Shown here: positions 53,701 to 61,133 of the stretch, in pieces
Position numbering within the stretch: the first letter of the stretch is position 1
Layout of the letters: each line of letters opens with the position of its first letter
Assembly (NCBI GenBank): GCA_965263355.1
Contig: CBDHHL010000049.1
Coordinates: 32,001-96,000 of the forward strand
DNA: 64,000 nt
From: Leptolyngbyaceae cyanobacterium
GTDB taxonomy: Bacteria; Cyanobacteriota; Cyanobacteriia; Phormidesmidales; Phormidesmidaceae
Direction: 5' to 3'
Position numbers and translations under genes: made by a program
Notes under the pieces: model-generated
Told to the model about the DNA's origin: nothing
Databases searched by the model: none
The model's input: the letters and a program-made list of their open reading frames with translations, nothing else

Positions 53701-56700
53701 GGGAAATTGAAAACCAACTCTCTAGCCACAGTGCCATTGAGGAGACCCTGGTCACCGTCATCAAAGCTCAACCAGGTAACAAACAGCTAGTGGCCTACTG
53801 TGTCACCTCCGCTAAGGTTGTCCGGCCCAGCGATTTACGCACCTACCTCCAGACTCGCTTGCCGGAGTACATGGTGCCCTATGTATTCATATTGTTGGAG
53901 CAGTTTCCCCTGACGGCCAATGGCAAAGTAGACCGCAAGTCTTTACCCATGCCCGATCAAACCGATCTGCGCCAGGGGCAGGACTATGTTGCCCCTCGCA
54001 ACGCGACAGAAGCTGCCATTTCCTTTATTGTGGCCGAGGTGTTAAGTCTGGAGCGTGTAGGCATCTACGACAATTTCTTTGAAATTGGTGGCCATTCCCT
54101 GCTAGCTACCCAAGTGATTGTCCGAGTGCAGGACATGTTCTCGGTAACGATAGCTCTAAAGGGTCTGTTTGAGCAGCCCACAGTAGCCGGTCTTGCTGTT
54201 CTGACCGAGCAGGCAATTCAGACCAACACAGGTTTAGAAAAGACAGTTCAGACTGACCTGGTGGCCATTGACCGTGACCAGCCCCTCCCACTTTCCTATG
54301 CTCAGCAGCGCATATGGGTACTGAACCAGCTAGAAACTCATACCTCTGCTTACCATCTTCCTGCCGCTGTTCAACTGTCAGGCCCGCTCAGCAGACCAGC
54401 ACTAGACCAGAGTTTCAATGCTATTGTTAAACGTCACGAGAGTCTCAGAACCCACTTCATTAACCAGGATGGTGAACCGATTCAAGTGATTCACCCCTGT
54501 TTAGATGAACTCCCCCTTACCACGGTGGATCTAGGCAGGTTAAGCGATATTGAACAGCAACAGGAGCTGGATAACCTCATAGTTCAAAACAGAGATAAAC
54601 CCTTTAACCTGACGGCGGCTCCCCTATTCCGTCTTTGCCTGGTGCGGTTGGGCAAGACAGCCCATGTGCTGCTGCTAAACTTCCACCACATTATTTTTGA
54701 TGGCTGGTCTGTGGGGGTCTTGATTCAAGAGTTTCGTCTGTTCTATCAGGCCTTTGCCCAAGGTCAAACCCCTCAGTTACCCGAGCTAAGTGTACAGTAT
54801 GCCGACTACGCCCACTGGCAACGGCAACAGCTCCGGGGAGAGAAACTGGAGAGTCATTTAGACTACTGGCGTGGCAAGCTGACCGATGCACCCTCATTGC
54901 TAGAACTGCCCACAGACCGTCGTCGCCCTACAGTGCAAACGGTGAATGGAGCGGCCTTTATTCAGACATTGTCTCTAGAACTAGGAGACCGGTTACGTCA
55001 GTTGGCAAAGAATAACAGCGCTACCCTGTTTATGGTCTTGCTAACTGGCTTTAACGTATTACTTCACCGCTACAGCGGCCAGGATGACATTGCGGTGGGG
55101 TCTCCCATTGCCAATCGTCCTAATCCTCAGTTGGAAGGGTTGATGGGGCTATTCCTCAATACTTTGGTGTTGCGTAGTGACCTATCGGGTCAGCCAACAG
55201 TGCAGGAATTGTTGCAGCGGATAAAGACCACCGCCCTGGATGCCTATCGCTATCAGAATGTGCCCTTTGAGGTGCTGATTGACCAACTGAAGCCAGAGCG
55301 TCACATGGATCATTCCCTATGGTTCCAGGTGATGTTTATTTTGCAGAATACGCCGCAGCAATCCTTAGGAACCGACAGCTTGGAAATGTCCTTGATGGAG
55401 ACCGAAAAAACCGTTGCTAAGTTTGACATCACTCTGTCTGTGGAAGAGCGAGAAAAAGGACTGCGGATGGAGTGGGAATACAACAGCGACCTGTTTGATG
55501 CCAGCACCATTGAACGCATGGCTGGTCACTACGAGACCCTACTCCAGGCCATGGTGGATAATCCAAAGCAGTCAATTGCCACTCTGCCTCTGATGTCACC
55601 AGCAGAGCAAAACTCTCTACTTTCTTTACCAGAGAGTGAAATCGCTATTTCTCCTGAAACCACCACCCACAGTTTAATTGAGGCTCAGGTGGATAGATTA
55701 CCTGATGAGATCGCACTGCAGTGGGAAGACACCACCCTCACCTATGCTGAGCTAAATCAACAAGCCAATCAGCTGGCCCATTACTTAATTGAGCTGGGAG
55801 TGACCCCCGATACCCTATTGGGTCTGTGCATCGAACGCTCGCCCCAGATGATTATCGCAGTGCTGGGGATTTTGAAGGCGGGGGCGGCCTATGTACCCCT
55901 GGACCCCACCTATCCCCAGGAGAGAATTGATTACATTGTGGCGGATGCCAGTATCGATATGGTGGTCACCACCGCCAATCTGGAAACTGTTATCGGTGCT
56001 AAGGCTCAGCGAGTCTATCTAGACAGCCAATGGGCAACCATTGCTCAGCAGCCCATCCAGAACCCAGATGTAACTGTCGCAGGGCAACATCTGGCCTATG
56101 CCATTTATACGTCGGGATCTACCGGCAAACCCAAGGGTGTATTGATTGAGCATGGTTCCTTGGTGAACTTTGTCCAGGGGGCTATTCAAGACTATGGGTT
56201 CACCGCTGAGGACCGAGTGCTGCAGTTTGCCTCCATTAGCTTTGATACGGCAGCTGAGGAGATTTATCCCACCCTGGTGAGTGGGGCCACATTGGTGTTG
56301 CGTAATGATGCTAGTGCTAGTGGTGTCCAGGCTTTATGGCAACAGTGTCAAGACTGGCAACTGACGGTGTTGGACTTGCCCACTGCCTACTGGCAACAGC
56401 TGGTGGCCGAATGTGTGCGCAGCCAAACCCCATTCCCTAACTCCCTGCGCCTGGTAATCATCGGCGGTGAAAAAGTTTCTGTAGAAAGCGTGAGGCTGTG
56501 GCAACAGCTGATGGAGCACCCAAGCGATCCCCCCCGTCTGCTCAACACCTATGGCCCGACGGAAACGACTGTCGTCGCTACCTTATACGAGATTCCCAAC
56601 AATTCTACAGACGAGATGTTAGGCCAGGAAATCCCGATTGGTAAACCTCTGCCCAATGTATTCACCTGTGTGCTCGATGCTCAGCAGCAGTTAGTGCCTG

Positions 56701-57524
56701 TGGGGGCACCTGGAGAGTTATACATCGGTGGCCCCGGTGTGGCCCGTGGCTATCTCAATCAGGCAGAGAAGACGGCTGTTAGCTTTATTGACTCTCCCTT
56801 TGGTTCAGGCCGACTCTATAAAACAGGTGACCGTGTCCGCTATTTGCCTGACGGTAATCTCGAATATCTGGGTCGTCTGGATCATCAGGTGAAGATTCGC
56901 GGCTTTCGCATTGAGCTGGGGGAGATTGAAGCTCAGCTTACCAGCCACAGCTTGATTGAGGAGGCCGTTGTTATCAGCCACGAAGACCAGCCCAGTAGAC
57001 CTCAATTAGTCGGCTATGTAGTATCTCAACCGGGCAGCAGTGTTGCATCCACCAAACTCAAGGCCTATCTCAAAGAGCGGCTGCCCCATTATATGGCCCC
57101 GGATGTGATCATGGTGCTCGATGCCCTCCCCTTAAACGCTAATGGCAAGGTGGACCGCAAGGCACTGCCTGCACCACTGGCCGATGCCCTGCGCCAAGGG
57201 CAGACCTATGTCGCTCCTCGCACGGACACAGAGACTGAGCTGGTGGCTATTGTGGCCGATGTGCTTTCCCTGGACCGTGTAGGTGTGGAAGACAACTTCT
57301 TTGAGATTGGTGGCCATTCTTTACTGGCCACCCAGGTAATTGCGCGGGTACAGGACCAGTTCCATGTGGACATTACCCTGCGCAGTTTGTTTGAACAACC
57401 AACGGTGGCGGTATTGGCAGAACAGATCGAACAACAGCAGCTAGCGGCTGCCGACGATTTAGATGCGTTGTTAAATGATCTGGAGGGACTATCGGATGAA
57501 GATGTGGCCAGGTTATTGACATGA
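47727..57524 (+). CDS. Hybrid PKS-NRPS: KS-AT-ACP-C-A-PCP-C-A-PCP
   Basis: KS DTACSSS; AT GHSVG/HGFH; ACP GLDSLM directly after the AT; C domains HHIVFDG and HHIIFDG; A domains YTSGSTGKPKG; PCP GGHSLLA twice. Both A codes read by eye as DTEDIGTVVK. Confidence 0.95.
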   Translation: MSQVIKSNNVSSSQSNGANGNGAANNGVDYGALMKKALVELRETKAKLKALEKRANEAIAIIGMGCRFPGGVTSPEAFWQLLSQGVDAITEVPSNRWSIDDVYDPDPETLGKVVTRYGGFIDEVETFDARFFGISPREVHSLDPQQRLLLEVAWEALEAAYCLPERLFNTPTGVFIGICNNDYGNRLGATELPEAYWGTGNALSVAAGRLSYALGLTGPSLAVDTACSSSLVSVHLACQSLRQGECNVALAGGVNLLLAPGQSMIFSQAGMLAPDGRCKTFDANANGYVRGEGCGIIMLKRLSDAEQDGDIILATIRGSAVNQDGPSGGLTVPNGPSQQTVIRQALKQGNVKPEQVSYIEAHGTGTSLGDPIEVAALGEVFKERRQNNPLLIGSAKTNIGHLEGAAGIAGLMKVVLQLQHRQIPPHLHFNEPNPFINWAELPVTVANDGTDWQPNQETCIAGVSSFGFSGTNCHIVLEEAINPVEPKESGEVEIPQRPIQLLTLSAKSPKALHGLIADYSSYMAQGDVDLASLCAAANTGRTHFNHRLVILTQDSVDLQLTLEAFQVSESIDGLDCPGAIIGHVKGNRVPKVAFLFTGQGAQYINMGRELYQTEPVFRKYLDRCAQGLEGILDLPLLALLYPELSQDQTNDNSAETIAERIHQTAYAQPCLFAVEYALAQLWFSWGIKPTVVMGHSVGEYVAATLAGVFSLEDGLRLITERGRLMQSLPSGGGMLSVLASEEILKPYLEEIKGEEGESEGGTIAAVNGPESTVVSGSLAILACLAKRLNDADIKVKHLNVSHGFHSPMMEPILSKFKAFAQQITYHTPSLKLVSNVTGQLADNSIASADYWTNHIRQPVQFAQGMESLVKANIDTFIEIGPKPVLLGMARQFVAEGIWLPSLQPKVADAHGSEYYPLLTSLAQLHVAGYPIAWDNLAAQGLPLPRPLPTYPFQRQRFWVDPVSLTGHQPTILANYSTLEDQEEIEENVKTFPLLHQLSAVSVDERSNVLIASLQTQVARIMGMDSPDEVDIHQSLTELGLDSLMGVELKNRLESALNLSLPTTILFQHPDIASLSNHLTIEFLGAEILELNGNSATSAHIIPVADRTQSLPLSYAQQRMWVLAQLEALDAAYHLPAAIKLIGDLNYGALEKSLTLIIERHESLRTVFVVSASGELEQQIKDDVVVTLPIVDLQELVPAAQTEVFNRLSDENDAAFDLTTGPLFRLKLICLQPQEHILLLNFHHIVFDGWSSGVLIQEFREVYGALVQGESPQLPELTVQYADFVQWQRQQLQGPVLSQHLEYWTLQLADAPPLLELPTDRPRPTVQTVNGAIFNQSLSDELSQKLRQLSQSTAKTLYMTLLTGFTILLHRYSGQTDISIGSPIANRPHQKLEGLIGLFLNTLVLRTDLSGNPSVAELLERVEKVALGAYDHQDVPFEYLIDQLKPERHRDHSLWFQVMFILQNTPQQSLGAANVDMAYLELKKAVAKFDITLSVKEHDTGLQLEWEYNTDLFDASTIERMAHHYERVLDAMVADLQQPIATLPLLSIKEQASLLSLPQSDLAVSPEITIHSLIEAQVYQSPDAIALQWEHTTLTYADLNQQANQLAHHLIELGVTPDTLLGLCIERSPQMIIAVLGILKAGAAYVPLDPTYPQERIDYIVADASIDMVVTTANLETVIGAKAQRVYLDSQWATIAQQPIQNPDVTVAGQHLAYAIYTSGSTGKPKGVLIEHGSLVNFVQGAIQDYGFTAEDRVLQFASISFDTAAEEIYPTLVSGATLVLRNDASASGVQALWQQCQDWQLTVLDLPTAYWQQLVVDCERTHQTFPKDLRLIIIGGEKVSVESVRLWQQLGHGATPRLLNTYGPTETTVVATLYEIPNSPTAMLGQEIPIGKPLPNIFTCVLDAQEQLVPVGVPGELYIGGPGVARGYLNQPEKTAASFIPNLLLSPSPTLPLSPTLYKTGDRVKRLANGNLEYLGRLDHQVKIRGFRIELGEIENQLSSHSAIEETLVTVIKAQPGNKQLVAYCVTSAKVVRPSDLRTYLQTRLPEYMVPYVFILLEQFPLTANGKVDRKSLPMPDQTDLRQGQDYVAPRNATEAAISFIVAEVLSLERVGIYDNFFEIGGHSLLATQVIVRVQDMFSVTIALKGLFEQPTVAGLAVLTEQAIQTNTGLEKTVQTDLVAIDRDQPLPLSYAQQRIWVLNQLETHTSAYHLPAAVQLSGPLSRPALDQSFNAIVKRHESLRTHFINQDGEPIQVIHPCLDELPLTTVDLGRLSDIEQQQELDNLIVQNRDKPFNLTAAPLFRLCLVRLGKTAHVLLLNFHHIIFDGWSVGVLIQEFRLFYQAFAQGQTPQLPELSVQYADYAHWQRQQLRGEKLESHLDYWRGKLTDAPSLLELPTDRRRPTVQTVNGAAFIQTLSLELGDRLRQLAKNNSATLFMVLLTGFNVLLHRYSGQDDIAVGSPIANRPNPQLEGLMGLFLNTLVLRSDLSGQPTVQELLQRIKTTALDAYRYQNVPFEVLIDQLKPERHMDHSLWFQVMFILQNTPQQSLGTDSLEMSLMETEKTVAKFDITLSVEEREKGLRMEWEYNSDLFDASTIERMAGHYETLLQAMVDNPKQSIATLPLMSPAEQNSLLSLPESEIAISPETTTHSLIEAQVDRLPDEIALQWEDTTLTYAELNQQANQLAHYLIELGVTPDTLLGLCIERSPQMIIAVLGILKAGAAYVPLDPTYPQERIDYIVADASIDMVVTTANLETVIGAKAQRVYLDSQWATIAQQPIQNPDVTVAGQHLAYAIYTSGSTGKPKGVLIEHGSLVNFVQGAIQDYGFTAEDRVLQFASISFDTAAEEIYPTLVSGATLVLRNDASASGVQALWQQCQDWQLTVLDLPTAYWQQLVAECVRSQTPFPNSLRLVIIGGEKVSVESVRLWQQLMEHPSDPPRLLNTYGPTETTVVATLYEIPNNSTDEMLGQEIPIGKPLPNVFTCVLDAQQQLVPVGAPGELYIGGPGVARGYLNQAEKTAVSFIDSPFGSGRLYKTGDRVRYLPDGNLEYLGRLDHQVKIRGFRIELGEIEAQLTSHSLIEEAVVISHEDQPSRPQLVGYVVSQPGSSVASTKLKAYLKERLPHYMAPDVIMVLDALPLNANGKVDRKALPAPLADALRQGQTYVAPRTDTETELVAIVADVLSLDRVGVEDNFFEIGGHSLLATQVIARVQDQFHVDITLRSLFEQPTVAVLAEQIEQQQLAAADDLDALLNDLEGLSDEDVARLLT
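53553..53592 (+). repeat. Five tandem 8-bp CT-rich repeats inside the first A domain
   Basis: CTTCTACT CTCCCCCT CTCCTACT CTCCCCCT CTCCCCCA. Absent from the paralogous module. Confidence 0.75.
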
Positions 57525-57618
57525 TTTTGAGGCCGCCGCAGACGATTTTGTGGAGTTTGTGATTGTTTTTAGCGTTTAACGTTAACCACTTATTTAAAAC
57601 ACTAGGTGAGAAGGGATT

Positions 57619-60600
57619 ATGAGTACATCAACACCAGGATTAGACCAACGACTACAGCAGCTTTCTCCTGAAAAGCGAGCGTTATTGTTAAAGCGTCTGC
57701 GGGAACAGGCGGCAGCAAAGGCGACGGCGCAGGAGATTACCATCACTTCGGTGGATCGTACTCAGCCTATTCCCTTGTCCTTTGCCCAACAAAGACTCTG
57801 GTTTCTCTCTCAGTTTGAAGGGGCCAGCGCCGCCTATAATATTGCCAATGCTGTGCGTATAGAAGGTTCGGTAAATCTGGATTTGCTGGAACAGGCCACA
57901 CAGATGGTGGTTGAACGCCATGAAGCCCTACGCACCACATTTCAGATCAAGGATGGTAATCCAGTACAGGTGATTGCCCCCAGTCTGACATTGCCCATAA
58001 CTGTTTATGATTTGCGACAGACGGACGCTCAGGACTATAGCCATCTGATTGCTGAGAGTACCCAGACCCCATTTGACCTGGCTAAGGGACCGTTGATGCG
58101 GGTGGAGACCATTCACCTGGAGGATGACGTCACTATTGTTATGGTGACTATGCACCATATTGTTTCCGATGGTTGGTCCCTGGGTGTCCTGATTAAAGAG
58201 GTGTTTAGCCTTTATCATGCCCTTGCCAATGGCCTGGAATTCCCCCTGACTCCCCTCAATGTTCAATATGCTGACTTTGCTAACTGGCAGCGTCAGTGGC
58301 TCCAGGGAGATATTTTAGACAGTCAATTGAACTACTGGCGAGAAAAAATGGACGGGGCTCCTGCCCTACTAGATCTGCCCAGCGATAAACCCCGTCCCCC
58401 TGTCCATCGGTTTCAGGGAAAGTCTCTGGCATTTGAAATTTCAGCATCTTTGACCGCTCAGCTAACGGACCTAGCCAAGGCTACTAATACTACATTGTTT
58501 ATGGTGCTAGAGTCGGCTCTAGCGGTACTGTTATTTCGCCTCAGTGGCCAGGATGATATTGTGGTGGGCTCCCCCATTGCTAATCGGACCCTCAAGTCTC
58601 TAGAATCGCTGATTGGTTTCTTTGTAAATACGCTTTTATTGCGCAATGACTGTTCTGGCAACCCTACCTTTAAGGCATTGCTAAGCCAGGTACAACAAAC
58701 GGCGCTGGATGCCTATCAGCATCAGGATGTGCCCTTTGAACAATTGGTGGATGCCCTGAAAACAGAGCGAACCCTCAGTTATACGCCATTGTTTCAGGTG
58801 ATGTTTGCCTTGCAAAATATGCCAATGGAATCGCTGGAGTTGGGGGATCTCACTATTACTCCCCTGACGTTGAAAAATCCCACGGCCAAGTTTGATTTGA
58901 CCATTTTTATGATGGAAGATAATGGGCTGTTACGAGGGGTGTGGGAGTACAACGAGGATTTATTTGAACCGGCCACGGCGGAGAGAATGGTGGGCCAGTT
59001 TAAGACGGTGTTGAGCGCGATCGCAACCAACCCCAATCAGCACCTGTTGGATATTCCTCTCCTCAGCCCAGAAGAATGCCACAAAATTATTGTGGCATGG
59101 AACCAGACTGAGGCTCCCTACCCCACGGACACCTGTTTGCATCAGCTATTTGAAACCCAGGTGGCGCATACCCCTGACAATGTGGCAGCTATCTGCCGCG
59201 ATGAAAGTTTTACCTATGCTGACCTGAACGCCCGTGCCAATCAGTTAGCCTACAGCCTGGTTGTGCAAGGACTTCAACCAGGAGACTTTGTCGGCATTTG
59301 TGTCGAACGCTCCCTGGACATGATGGTGGCCGTGTTTGGGGTGCTTAAGGCGGGCGGTGTCTATGTACCCATGGATCCCACCTACCCTGCTGACCGGCTG
59401 GCCCACATGCTCAGCGATGCTCAGGTAGTGGTGCTGTTGACCCAGTCTCACTTAGTAGAGCGACTCCCCAAAAATGATGTGAAAACTGTTTGTCTGGATA
59501 CGGATTGGAGCACTATTGCAACTGCTCCGGAGATTAACCTGGATTGCTCCCGTCAGGTAACAGATCTGGCCTATGTAATCTACACGTCCGGTTCCACAGG
59601 CAAACCCAAGGGGGTGATGATCGACCATCGAGGTGCCGTCAATACCCTGGCAGACATCAACCGCCGCTACCGGGTCACTGCCGAGGACCGAGTGCTGGGA
59701 TTGTCTTCTCTTAGCTTTGACCTGTCGGTGTATGACATTTTTGGTCTGTTAGCTATCGGTGGTGCCGTAGTGATTCCTGAACCGGAAGCGGCCCTGACCC
59801 CCCAACGATGGTGGGAGCTAATCCAAGAACAACAAGTAACTATCTGGAATACTGCTCCCGCCGTTATGGATCTGTTTGCTAGCCATGTGGCTCGACAACA
59901 GCTAACTATTCCTGCCAGTTTACGGGTGGTGATGATGAGTGGTGATGCTATTTCGATTACCCTGCCGGATCAGATTAGAGCATTGGCAGAAAACAAAGCT
60001 ATCAGTGTCAACAGTCTGGGGGGGGCCACCGAGGGTTCTATCTGGTCGATCTGTTATCCAATTGATGCTGTGGACCCCAGCTGGACTAGCATTCCCTACG
60101 GTCAGCCTCTGGATAACCAAACCTTTCATATTCTCGATGAGCGGCTCAATCCAGTGCCCGTAGGCACCCCTGGAGAACTACACATTGGCGGTCTGGGGGT
60201 GGCCCTGGGCTATCTCAACCGACCAGAGCTAACTGCAAAACGGTTTATTCCTGATCCCTTTAGCAACCGTTCCGATGCCCGCCTCTACAAAACCGGTGAC
60301 ATGGGCCGCTACCGTCCTGACGGCGTAATTGAATTCCTGGGCCGCATCGACAACCAGGTGAAAATTCGTGGCTTCCGGGTGGAGCTAGGGGAGATTGAGG
60401 CCTTGTTGGTGCAACAACCCCAGGTAAGCGAAGCAGTCGTTATTGTGTGGGAACCCCAACCTGGCGATCAGCGCCTCTGCGCCTACGTGGTGATGCCCAA
60501 TTTGGCGTCAGAAGATCAGGCAGGACAAACCGCCATTCTGAAGCGGACATTACGGGAACAACTCCCTGGTCATATGGTTCCTGCCGCTTTTGTGGTGCTG

Positions 60601-61035
60601 GATGAAATTCCTCTCACCGCTAACGGCAAGGTGAACCGTAAAGCATTGCCTGCTCCTACTGAACAGGTGCCCCAGAGCGACATCCCTTTTATCGCCGCTA
60701 AAACCCAGACCGAGCGCACCATAGCCACCGTATGGCAAGAGGTGCTCCAACTGGAAAAAGTTGGTACCCAGGATAACTTCTTTGACCTGGGAGGCCATTC
60801 CTTGCTGATGGTGCAGGTCCATACTGAGCTGCTGGAAAAACTGGATGGCAGCCTCACCATTGTGGAGTTGTTCCAATATTCAACCGTTGCCACCCTGGCC
60901 CAATATGTGGACCAAAAACAAACGGTTGTGTCTGCCACGGACCAGGCTCAGCAACGGCAGCAGGTCCGCACTCGTCGGCAGGGAGCTGTTGCCCAGCGTC
61001 GGCAGGCTCGACAAAAACATCGTCGTAATGTATAG
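57619..61035 (+). CDS. NRPS module C-A(Cys-like)-PCP
   Basis: C domain MHHIVSDG. A motifs FDLSVYD, TIWNT, MMSGD and SLGGATEGSIWS give code DLYNMSLIWK. PCP GGHSLL, then an Arg-rich tail. Confidence 0.93.
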   Translation: MSTSTPGLDQRLQQLSPEKRALLLKRLREQAAAKATAQEITITSVDRTQPIPLSFAQQRLWFLSQFEGASAAYNIANAVRIEGSVNLDLLEQATQMVVERHEALRTTFQIKDGNPVQVIAPSLTLPITVYDLRQTDAQDYSHLIAESTQTPFDLAKGPLMRVETIHLEDDVTIVMVTMHHIVSDGWSLGVLIKEVFSLYHALANGLEFPLTPLNVQYADFANWQRQWLQGDILDSQLNYWREKMDGAPALLDLPSDKPRPPVHRFQGKSLAFEISASLTAQLTDLAKATNTTLFMVLESALAVLLFRLSGQDDIVVGSPIANRTLKSLESLIGFFVNTLLLRNDCSGNPTFKALLSQVQQTALDAYQHQDVPFEQLVDALKTERTLSYTPLFQVMFALQNMPMESLELGDLTITPLTLKNPTAKFDLTIFMMEDNGLLRGVWEYNEDLFEPATAERMVGQFKTVLSAIATNPNQHLLDIPLLSPEECHKIIVAWNQTEAPYPTDTCLHQLFETQVAHTPDNVAAICRDESFTYADLNARANQLAYSLVVQGLQPGDFVGICVERSLDMMVAVFGVLKAGGVYVPMDPTYPADRLAHMLSDAQVVVLLTQSHLVERLPKNDVKTVCLDTDWSTIATAPEINLDCSRQVTDLAYVIYTSGSTGKPKGVMIDHRGAVNTLADINRRYRVTAEDRVLGLSSLSFDLSVYDIFGLLAIGGAVVIPEPEAALTPQRWWELIQEQQVTIWNTAPAVMDLFASHVARQQLTIPASLRVVMMSGDAISITLPDQIRALAENKAISVNSLGGATEGSIWSICYPIDAVDPSWTSIPYGQPLDNQTFHILDERLNPVPVGTPGELHIGGLGVALGYLNRPELTAKRFIPDPFSNRSDARLYKTGDMGRYRPDGVIEFLGRIDNQVKIRGFRVELGEIEALLVQQPQVSEAVVIVWEPQPGDQRLCAYVVMPNLASEDQAGQTAILKRTLREQLPGHMVPAAFVVLDEIPLTANGKVNRKALPAPTEQVPQSDIPFIAAKTQTERTIATVWQEVLQLEKVGTQDNFFDLGGHSLLMVQVHTELLEKLDGSLTIVELFQYSTVATLAQYVDQKQTVVSATDQAQQRQQVRTRRQGAVAQRRQARQKHRRNV

Positions 61036-61063
61036 GTGGCCATTTCCCATGTTCCTTTCCCCA

Positions 61064-61083
61064 GTGGGCTGTGCCCACCCTAC
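61064..61083 (-). repeat. GTAG-type REP-like palindrome
   Basis: The minus strand reads GTAG-G-GTGGGC-ACA-GCCCAC, in the gap between the NRPS and PKS genes. Confidence 0.6.
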
Positions 61084-61133
61084 CCCTGCTGATTTATCCC
61101 CGCTGACTTATCGCACCAATCCCTTGCACCATA

